64,000 nucleotides of DNA from Eledone cirrhosa (taxonomy: Eukaryota). Made by a program: the position numbers and the translations under genes. The notes under the pieces are model-generated. The model was not told where the DNA came from. It saw only the letters and a list, made by a program, of their open reading frames with translations, and did no database searches. Numbering within the stretch: position 1 is the first letter of the stretch; every line of letters starts with the position of its first letter. This document shows positions 53,532-64,000 of this stretch, piece after piece. The stretch is taken from contig OZ024759.1 in NCBI GenBank assembly GCA_964016885.1, forward strand, positions 31,744,001 through 31,808,000, in the 5' to 3' direction.

Positions 53532-55390
53532 CTATCACCATCATCATTATCATCACCACTATCATTATCACCATAACCCTAACTCTAACCCTAGCCCTAA
53601 AACTACCCCTAACTCTAATCCTAGCCCTAAAACTCACCCTAACTCTTTAACCCCATTGTTACTATATTTCTAATGAAAAACAGTCATATAACTATCTCTC
53701 TCCTACTTAATCTGATGTTTGGGACATAACTTAACAACATTTTTATATGAATTTGTGATAGAAGGCTTTTACATAAACACTTTAACCCTTTCATTACCAT
53801 ATTTCTTATGAAAGACACTGTCTATGATTGTCAAATAATTTTGAAAAGGATTTAGTAATATAACTTTCTCATTATTAAGCTTGTGTCTGGAACATAGCTT
53901 AACAAAGGTTCTTGAATAATGTTCATGTGAATTACCAAACTTGTTTTTAGATATTTTCTGCTAAATGATTACAGGATGTTAAGAGTTAAAGTTGTTTTGA
54001 GTCGCCTAATGAAATAATGTGTTTGAGATTGGAAAATAGCAGCAAGGACTAATGGAGTATTGGAATATCAGTCTAACACACACACATACACAGAAACACA
54101 CACACACACACACACATATATGTATACACAGAAACAGTCACACACACACACATATATATACACAGAAACAGTCACACACACACAAACACACTCCTACACA
54201 CATACTCTCAGAAACAGTTACACATACACATACAGAAACAAAAAAAGTCTTTCACACACTCTCTCCCAGACACACATACACACAGACACACACAAACAGA
54301 AATAGTCACACACATACACACACACACACACACAGAAATACACACACACACACACACATACAGAAACACACACACACACTCACACTCTCTCACACACACT
54401 CACACAGACACGTGCGCATACACATACACACACACACACATGTACAACATACAAATTTGAAAGAAGTTTCATATGGTTAAAAGCAACCCAACACACACAT
54501 GTGCACACAGACATACATGTAAATACACACACACACACATTCACACAAGCATTCATATACACATATATATATACATACACATTCATATACACATACACAT
54601 ACATATACATTCATATATGTGTATATGTATGTGTATACATATACATACATATACACACACATTCATATACATATACATACATATACACATATATATACAC
54701 ATACACATTCATATACACATACATATACACATACATATACATACATATACACATACATATACATATACATACATATACACATACATATACATACATATAC
54801 TCATACACATTCATATACATATACATACATATACACATATACATACATATACACACACATACATACACATACATATACATACATATACATACACATACAT
54901 ATACATACACTTTCATATACACATACATATACATACACATTCATATACACATACATATACACATACACATACATACACATTCATATGCACATACATATAC
55001 ATACACATATACATACACATACATATACATACACATTCATATACACATACATATACATACACATTCATATACACATACATATACGTACATATACACATAC
55101 ATACACATTCATATACACATACATATACATACACATACACATACATTCATATACACATACATACACATTCATATACACATACATATACGTACATATACAC
55201 ATACATACACATTCATATACACATACATATACATACATATACACATACATACACAGGTGTGCACACAGACATACACTTTCACACAAACGTTCATATACAC
55301 ATACATATGTATATGTGTACACACACAAACATACACTCTCACATTCACACACACACACACACACACACGCTCACACACACACACGCTCCT
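51890..55390. repeat. Simple and low-complexity repeats (CTA, CAC, CAT, CA/TA) with interspersed SINE (53200-53470) and degenerate CCCTAA tract (53575-53650)
   Basis: Seen directly. Confidence 0.9.
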
Positions 55391-55590
55391 GTTCACAAAC
55401 AATCAAATCAATTTTACAAAAGAAAATAATAATATTTAATTCAATTTTATCTATTAAGTGATTGTGTGATATTATTTTATCAGTTATTGATCAGTTATTG
55501 ATCACGCAATGTCACATTCATACAATCTTATTCATGTCTCTCACGCACTGGTAATATCCTGATACCCACTGGCCAAGCTGGAGCATATGT

Positions 55591-55725
55591 GGTCATAATT
55601 GTTTCTACTTTTGGCACAAGGCCAGCAGTTACCCAGTGTATTACTGGTACTTTATTTTATCGACCCCATAAGGATGAAAGGCAAAGTTAACCTCGGCGGG
55701 ATTTGAACTCAGATCGGGTCATAAT
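55591..55725 (-). mobile_element. SINE copy with 9-bp TSD (GGTCATAAT)
   Basis: Direct repeat flanks a reverse SINE core nearly identical to 12274-12390. Confidence 0.8.
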
Positions 55726-55739
55726 ATGAACTGTTTAGA

Positions 55740-56155
55740 CAAGTAGAGTCTGTGAACGTGTCTGAGACTTGGACACTGACCAAGAAACTCACTCAGATGG
55801 TGGATGGGTGCTACACGAGAATGCTGAGGATGGCTCTGAACATTAATCAGTATACACTGAGGAGGAAAAACTCAGAGCTGTACGGGAGCCTCCCAAAGGT
55901 CAGCTCTAGAGTAGCATAGAGGAGACTGAGGTTAGCTGGACATGCTCACCGACATCCAGAGTTGACACTGCACTCAGTGCTCCTGTGGGAGCCCCTGCAT
56001 GGACACACTGGAAGAGGAAGAACGAGGTTAACATATGTTGATGCCCTCAGGACAGGCACTGGTCTCTTGGAGACGCAGGACATGGCAGCGATAATGAGGG
56101 ACAGAGACCACTGGAGAGAACTCGTCCATGGATCTCGGGAATTTTACCCAGCCTT
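55740..56155 (+). mobile_element. RTE-like LINE 3' fragment
   Basis: SETWTLTK...DGCYTRMLR, RRLRLAGH, LLWEP, GRGRTRLTYVD. Confidence 0.85.
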
Positions 56156-57034
56156 GTTAGATAGACAAGTGATTCCCAACATCGGGAGCATGTCCCACTA
56201 GAGGATCAATTTGAATATTTGTGTGTGTGACAGCTCACACCTATGCAGGTTTAGCTGGCCTCCTCCAAGGCATATCTCGTTGGAGGTATCTTGGGTGATT
56301 TAATGATAGGGACCCCAGTCCCTATCATCTCGTTTCTAGAGCTGAGTAAACTGGAGCAACGTGAAATAAAGTGTCTTGCTCAAGGAAACAACACATCACC
56401 CGGTCTGAGAATTGAACTCACAACCTTTCGATTGCAAGCCCAATGCTCTAACCACTAAGCCATGCACCTTAACAATTTGAATATTTGACTCTTTAGCATT
56501 TAAACCAGCCATATCCAGCCAGAATTGGAGCCCCTTTCTGACCTCTAGATGGTCCAGGTCCCTGATGATCCAGTACTCAACTGAGTGCAGGTCCCTGACG
56601 ATCCAGTATTCTACCGAGTGCATTTTATCATGACATCAACACTAGGGAAGTTGTCGTGTTCTTGACACAGCTAAAGAGCCCTCCTGACCCTTTGTTTACC
56701 AGATTTTCTATAACTGGATGCCCTTCCTATTACCAACCACTTTGCAGAGTGTACTATAACCGTGTGTATCCAGTTCAGAATAGATACAACAACATATCAC
56801 TGCATGGTGTAAAAAAGGTTGGTGTCAAGAAGGGCGTCTGGCTGTAAAACATTGCCTTCAAAAGTCCCATCCAAAACATGCCAACATGAAAAATCATATA
56901 ACAACGATGATATATATATATAAATTCTAGAAGAAACAGGGAGCTGTGTGGTTACTGGATAAAGTGTATTTAGAAATAAGAGGAAAACACAAACGGGGGA
57001 CATTTCCCATCATCAGTTGTCTGCTGGAGATCAC

Positions 57035-57073
<39 letters not shown>

Positions 57074-57141
57074 AATCTGTCTGCCCCTCTCTCTCTCTCT
57101 CTATATATATATAGACACATATATATGTATGTTATGTATAT

Positions 57142-57223
57142 ATACAGAGTGTCCTTAAAAAATGTATGCACATATTTATTAGAGTACTGTTGAGGTATGT
57201 ATACATTTTTGTGGGACATCCTG

Positions 57224-57225
<2 letters not shown>
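57142..57225. mobile_element. Tiny Tc1/mariner-type MITE in (TA)n
   Basis: TA-CAGAGTGTCC..AAAAATGTAT / ATACATTTTT..GGGACATCCTG-TA imperfect TIRs. Confidence 0.55.
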
Positions 57226-57257
<32 letters not shown>

Positions 57258-58319
57258 ATAAATGGTAACAGTTGGTCACATTTCATCACTCAGAAGTTTG
57301 ATGCGTGAACAACTATTGTCAAAATGCTGTCAACTGTTGAAAGTTTCCAACCACTATTGATGCCCCCCTCTCCCGGTTAGTCATGTGTTCACATCCGAGT
57401 GATATTTTTTGTGGACTTCCTGTTTGACCTTTTATCCACTTCCGGTGTTTGCTTTTGCTTAATCGAGTGCTATTTGTTTCTCTTGTAGTTGAATAAATAA
57501 TAATAATAATTATAATAATGTCTTTGTGACGACTTTCATTGTTTAATTATATTTTACTGTTGAAGTGATAAGTGATTTTTATTTGAAATATGACACTTTT
57601 CAGCAATGCATATGTGATATTACTATGTCCTAATGAAAGAGCAAATGATTCATTCTGCTTTAATTGATCATCTGAGTTTTCTCCTCCTCCTGCACATTTT
57701 TTTTTGTTTAGCAGATATTGTCTTACAGGATGTTGGTGCAGGGCATTGATCATATCGATGACATTTGACTGGGATTAAAATATAGGGATGAGAAATTGGC
57801 AAATGACATGGGTACCCCTACACCTCCTTTGATTAATTCTTATAAAGATATCCTATCTTGTGTGGTAGAAGGTGATGGATTGGTAGAGTCATTAGAATGT
57901 TGGATACAATGCCTTGTGGTATTTCTTCCGGTTCTCTCTTCTCTGAGTTCAAATTCTGCTGCGGTCAACTTTACCTTTTATCCATTTGAGGTCAATAAAA
58001 AAAGTACCAGTCGAGTACTGGGGTCAATTCTTTCTCTATATCTCTTTCTCACTTCCTCTCTATCACTGTAGTTTACTGAGGTCAACTTTGCCTTTCATCC
58101 TTTCGAGATTGATAAAAAAAGTACCAGTCATGTACTGGGATCGATTCTTCCTCTATATCTTTTTCCAACTTCCATTCTCTCTTACTCTCTCTATCCTTCT
58201 CTGGAAGAAATTTGCTGTATTCAGACCTGGAGTGGAGATGGGATTCACCAAGTTTAAAATGACTAAGAAATGCTGTTTGCTACTATGACACCCCTACGAC
58301 TCCATCAGGAGTTACGGTA

Positions 58320-58530
58320 CCATACCATACCATACCATACCATACTATACCATACCATACCATACTATACCATACCATACCATACTATACCATACCATAC
58401 CATACCATACTATATCATATATCATACCATACCATACCATACTATATCATACCATACCATACCATACCATACCATACCACACTATACCATACCATACCAT
58501 ACCATACTATATCATATCATATCATATCAT
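58320..58530. repeat. (CATAC)n pentanucleotide repeat
   Basis: Seen directly. Confidence 0.95.
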
Positions 58531-58594
58531 GTGAGAGGAAATCTCTGAAAGGAAGTTATAAGCCTTTTGAATATTTTCTATCTATTTTTGTTGT

Positions 58595-58821
58595 TTAACC
58601 CTTTAGCATTTAAACTGGCCATATCCGACCAGAATTCTCTCACCTCTTTCTGTTCAAACTTGCCGTAACTGGCTGCTCATACTTATATTAAGGTATTGTT
58701 CTCAAAATAAGTGACATCAAAATCTCGTAGATTCGATATTACAGAGATAATTATGTAAAATAAAGCCTTTACTGTGAAAATACAATAGTAAGTATAGAAT
58801 AATGTAAATACTAAAAGATTA
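58595..58821 (+). mobile_element. piggyBac-type MITE copy
   Basis: TTAA-CCCTTTAGCATTTA...; right end degenerate. Confidence 0.8.
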
Positions 58822-59302
58822 GCCATTTTAACCCAGGTCGAGCAAGACCTATCTCTGTATTGAATCAAAGGCATTCTAACCATGACTACCTCATCTTTTC
58901 AGATAAAGTTTATCTCAAACAGCAGACAGAAAGATAGATAGAGAGATGGATAGATAGATGGATATATATATATATATATATATAGATAGATATATATATA
59001 TAGATGGATGGATAGATAGATAGGTTTGGCTGCTATTTCTGGAATGATGACAACAGATTAACCTTCTCCAACTCAGCAACAAACTAAATTACCATCCCAG
59101 CAACCCACCACCGAGCCGAACCACCAAACCACCAACCAACCAGCCCACAACACTTGAGGAACATCTCACTGCGTCTCTAATCTTCTCAAAAATATTTAAT
59201 TCAATTAACCTTTAAAATGAATATCCTATATATTTAATTAGATTTTTTTTAATTATTTCATTGAAAAACTGTGTATGTTAATTATTTATTATATATTTTT
59301 TT

Positions 59303-59625
59303 ATGCTGGGGCATCAGATTCTTTTACTGGCTTCAATCATTTAACTGTGGCCATGCTGGGGCATCAGATTCTTTTACTGGCTTCAATCATTTAACTGTGG
59401 CCATGCTGGGGCACCAGATTCTTTTACTGGCTTCAATCATTTAACTGTAGCCATGCTGGGGCACCAGATTCTTTTACTGGCTTCAATCATTAAAATTTGG
59501 CCATGCTAGGGCATCACATTGTTTTACTGGTTTCAGTCATTAAACTGCGGCCATGCTTGAACACCAGCACCACATACTTTTACTGGTTTTAGCCATTAGA
59601 CTGTGGCCATGCTGGAACGCCACCT
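59303..59625. repeat. 50-bp minisatellite (~6 copies) derived from a SINE end
   Basis: CCATGCTGGGGCA(T/C)CAGATTCTTTTACTGGCTTCAATCATTTAACTGTGG with 50-bp period, grading into SINE-like sequence. Confidence 0.9.
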
Positions 59626-59849
59626 TGATTTAGGTATCATATCAAATCCCAGTACTTGTATTTTTCAAGTCTAGTACATAAACACAAACAGAGATGTAAG
59701 CATACTTAAACAGATATACACCACCACCAACTAGTATGGGCTAGACGAATTGTCCCTTTGTGAAACAAGTCAGATCAGTTGACTGTGTGTGTCTTGCTCA
59801 TACAGAATTGTTTCTGGCTTTATTTCTATTGCTGGATGCCTTTCCTAAC

Positions 59850-60450
59850 GCCAACCACTTTACAATGTGAACTGTGTGATTTTTGTCATGACACCAACAC
59901 AACCACTTTACAATGTGAACTGTGTGATTTTTGTCATGACACCAACACAACCACTTTACAATGTGAACTGTGTGATTTTTGTCATGACACCAACACAACC
60001 ACTTTACAATGTGAACTGTGTGATTTTTGTCATGACACCAACACAACCACTTTACAATGTGAACTGTGTGATTTTTGTCATGACACCAACACAACCACTT
60101 TCCAGTGTAGGCTGGGTGATTTTTGTCATGACACCAACATAATCACTTTACAGTGTAGACTGGGTGATTTTTGTCATGACACCAACACAATCACTTTACA
60201 GTGTTGACTGGGTGATTTTTGTCATGACACCAACACAATCACTTTACAGTATAGACTGGGTGATTTTTGTCATGAGACCAACACAATCACTTTACAGTGT
60301 AGACTGGGTGATTTTTGCCATGATACCAAAAGGACTACTCTACAGTATGGACTGGGTGCTTTTTGTCATGTCATTAAAACGACCACATTACAGTGTGGAC
60401 TTGGAACTTTTAATCATGGCACCAACAGATTACATTACAGTGTGGCCTGG
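59850..60450. repeat. 48-bp minisatellite (~12 copies) inside a SINE-like element
   Basis: Unit CAACCACTTTACAATGTGAACTGTGTGATTTTTGTCATGACACCAACA; homologous to the 8870 and 40706 arrays. Confidence 0.93.
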
Positions 60451-61099
60451 GCACATAAACATATAAATGCTGGACTTCTGCAGTTTCTGTCTATAAAATT
60501 TCACTCATAAGACATTGGTCACCTAACCCTAACCCTAACCCCAACTCTAACCCCAACACTAACTCTAACCCTAACTCTAACCCCAACACTAACTCTAATT
60601 CTAAGTCAACCTGTGGCTATAGAAAAAGACACTTGCCCAAAATACCTTCACAACTATGAACAATTTAACCCTACAACCTACACCCATAAATCCATCTAAC
60701 TTTTTCACAAAACAACGGTAGACTTGATGATTTAGTTAGAGAACTGTATCAGGGGTCGTGACATTTGTGTTATGTGGGGTAGGGTAAAGGGTATCAGGGG
60801 TCGTGACATTTGTTATGTGGGGTAGGGTAAAGTGTAGATGGCGGTGACCCAGCATAGTTACACCCCTTTACGATCTGAGTTCAAATCCAGCCGAGGTTAA
60901 CTTTGCCTTTCATTCTGACGGGGTCGATAAAATAAAGTACCAGTAATACACTGGGTAATTGCTGGCCTTGTGCCTAAAGTAGAAACAATTAATGAAGTTA
61001 GGAAATGAATAAAGAAGTTTGGAAGGAAAGAAGGAAGGACGTTAAGAAGGATTCAAATTTGTCTTAATTTTGTCTTTTTATTCATAATATTTCATCTCA

Positions 61100-61527
61100 T
61101 TGTTACTGTAGTAGTTGTAAGAGTGGTAGTAGTAGTAGTTGTAAGAGTGGTGGTAGTAGTAGTTGGAGTGGTAGTAGTAGTAGTTGTAAGAGTGGTGGTA
61201 GTAGTAGTAAGAGTGGTGGTAGTAGTAGTAGTTGTAAGAGTGGTGGTGGTTGTAGTAGTAGTAGTTGTAAGAGTGGTGGTAGTAGTACTAGTAGTAAGAG
61301 TGGTGGTAGTAGTAGTAGTAGTGGTAGTAGCAGTTGTAAGAGCGGTGGTGGTTGTAGTAGTAGTGGTAGTAGTAGTGGTGGTAGTAGTAGTGGTGGTGGT
61401 TGTAGTAGTAGTAGTAGTAGTAGTGGTAGAATCAGTAGCCAGAGTGGTGGTGGTTGTAGTAGTGGTGGTGGTTGTAGTAGTAGTAGTATCAGTAACCAGA
61501 GTGGTGGTGGTTGTAGTAGTGGTGGTT

Positions 61528-61558
<31 letters not shown>

Positions 61559-62460
61559 TATCAGTAGCCAGAGTGGTGGTGGTTGTAGTAGTGGTGGTGG
61601 TTGTAGTAGTAGTGGTAGTATCAGTAGCAAGAGTGGTGGTGGTTGTAGTAGTTATTGTTGTAGTTATTACAGTTGTTGTTGTGATGACACTGTTGATGTT
61701 TATCATATGGTGATGGTGATGGTAATGAGGAAAAGGTAAGGGGGGGGGGATTTGATGATGATGGTAATGATGTCACTATGGTGATGTGGATGATGGTAAA
61801 GTCATAGCAATCAAATTTGGTGTTGATGATGATGATAGTCATGATGGTGATGATGGTTACAATGAGATTATAAGTGATAAGATTGTTAGGAATGATGATG
61901 ATGGTGATGGAGACTGGTGATGGTGATGGTGACTGGTGACTGGTGATGGTGATGGTGACTGGTGACTGGTGATGGTGATGGTGATGGTACCATTGTGGTG
62001 ATGTGGATGATAAAGTTATAACGATGATGATGGTGCCTTTGTGGTGATGATGATGGTGGTGTCTTTGTGGTGATGATGATGGTGCCTTTGTGATGATGAT
62101 GATGGTGCCTTTGTGATGATGATGATGATGATGATGATGCCTTTGTGGTGATGATGATGATGCCATTGTGATGGTGATGATGGTGCCATTGTGGTGATGA
62201 TGATGATGCCATTGTGGTGATGATGATGATGCCTTGGTGATGATGATGATGATGATGCCATTGTGGTGATGATGATTCCTTTGATTTTTTTTTTCTTTCT
62301 TTCTTCCCTGTCTTTTTCTGTTTCTTAGTTCCACCCTCTACCTGCTACCATTCCCCTACCACCACCACCACCACCACTGCCACCACCACCACCACCACTG
62401 CCACCACTGCCACCACCACCAGCACCACCACCACTGCCACCACCGCCACCACCACCACCA
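61100..62460. repeat. Trinucleotide low-complexity arrays (GTA/GTG, GAT/GGT, CAC)
   Basis: Seen directly. Confidence 0.95.
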
Positions 62461-63213
62461 CTATTTAGGTCCATCCCTACTCACTACCATTCTCCTCATC
62501 AACCTGTTCACCATTCCAACCCCCACCCCCACATCTCATTAATTAAAGATATCAATTAGCTTATTGAGAGAAATATTGAAATTAATCATTGGAATAATTC
62601 TTTGACCACTGAACATATTTTTCTCTCTTTCACCCCCTCCCCACTCTCTCTCCCCTCTCCCTCTTTCTTATTTTCTTTATTTCTCTCTTTCTCCTCGATC
62701 TTTCTCTTTCAGATAATGTTTTTCAGATAATATTTTTCTCTCATAATTTCTCTTCTCAAGTTTTCATTCAGTCTCTTTCTCACTTAATCCTTCTTTCTCC
62801 TTCTCTCTTTTCTCTCTCATTTAATTCACCTTCCTCTTTGTCAGTCTTTCTCTATTTCTCTCCCTCCCACTCTCTTAATCTCTTTTCTTTCTCCCTTTCA
62901 CTGCATCATCTTCTAGCAAAGAAGAATTTGACAGAGAGATGTCAGTACTTTAATCTATTCTTAAATATTTGTGCCTTATCTAACAATGGTCAAGAGATGC
63001 CTGAGGGTTTTTCTCTTGTCTCTCAGTTACCAAATATACTTTGAAAGGGCTGTGGCGTTCTTCAGGTGGTGATAATGAAATCAGCTGTTTTGTTGATGCC
63101 AGCGACTTTTGAAAGAATCAACTGTAGCAATCATCATTGGCAACAACAACAACATACAAGAGTGGATGGAAAGAAAAGGAATATTGAAAATTACTTATAA
63201 CTTTTGACCTACT

Positions 63214-63565
63214 GTGACCACTTGGGACAACATCAATATTCATGCAAGATGGGCCTCTCCTTATTTTGCACACACTGTCAATGAGTGGTTCAATGTCCAA
63301 TTTCCAGGATGGAGGCTGGGTCATCAAGGTCCACTTGATTGGCCAGCAAGAAGCCCTGACTTAACGCCATGCCATTTTTTCCTGCGGGCGGGGTTGAAAG
63401 AAGAAGTTTATAGCTTAAAACCAAAAACTTTGCTTCAGTTGGAGGAACACATTCACAATATACTGACCACCATACCACCTGAGTTCCCAATGAAGTCAGT
63501 TGAGGATATACCCAGATGATTACAAATACTGGTGGACATACTGGTGCCTATGTAGAATGTTATCA
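63214..63565 (+). mobile_element. Tc1/mariner-superfamily transposase C-terminal remnant
   Basis: (F)MQDG.SPYFA.TVNEW....FPG...G..GP.DWPARSPDLTPCHFFL...LKEEVY..KPKTL..LEEHI (cf. WPPRSPDLTPCDFFLWG). Confidence 0.85.
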
Positions 63566-64000
63566 CTGCACTATACTTCTACTATTAAAATCATTCATCA
63601 TTCATTCATTCATCATCATTTTACGTCTGCTTTTCCCTGCTTGCAAGGGTGGGACGGGAACTGATTCTGGCTTGATTTCTACAGCTGGATGCCCTTCCTA
63701 ACACCAACCTCATTTACAATGAGTGCTGGGTGCTTTTTTTTCCATGGCGCCTACATGTCCACTTTACAGTGTGGGCTGGGTGCTTTTTTGCCGTGGCACC
63801 TCCACGACCACTTTGCAGTGGAAAGATAGGGACCCCAGTCCCTATCATCTCATTTCTACAGCTGAGTAAACTGTAAAATGTTCAAAATGTTCAAAATAAA
63901 ACATGTTTTCTGAAAATTGACCAATGATCAATAAATTTATTAACAATTTTAAATAGGGAGTTTCATTCCACCCACCCAGTATATTTAAAACTGAATGTCT

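Noticed and set aside
49918-55461. Many 100-440 aa C/V/Y/I- or H/T-rich ORFs
   Set aside because: Dinucleotide-based mini- and microsatellite artefacts.

Overview
AT-rich, repeat-saturated animal (eukaryotic) genomic DNA. The SINE repertoire resembles what I recall from octopod cephalopods; this is an inference, not verified. Most long six-frame ORFs are microsatellite artefacts. The one host gene I can support is not in the ORF track: a spliced minus-strand gene (coding exons 40527-40416 and 37590-37361) encoding a 113-aa protein with a signal peptide, a Thr/Ser-rich body with N-glycosylation sequons and a hydrophobic C-terminus (candidate small GPI-anchored or membrane mucin-like protein). 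The rest is transposon debris: a 5'-truncated R2-like RT-RLE element outside rDNA, CRE-like and R4/Dong-like RLE fragments, many RTE and one CR1 fragment, Tc1/mariner remnants, a TTAA-targeting piggyBac-type MITE family, tRNA-derived SINE clusters, and SINE/MITE-derived minisatellites. Several families of decayed hammerhead-ribozyme motifs of Penelope/retrozyme type also occur, some in inverted repeats next to (TA)n. There are two large palindromes. No CRISPR, rRNA or bona fide tRNA was found.
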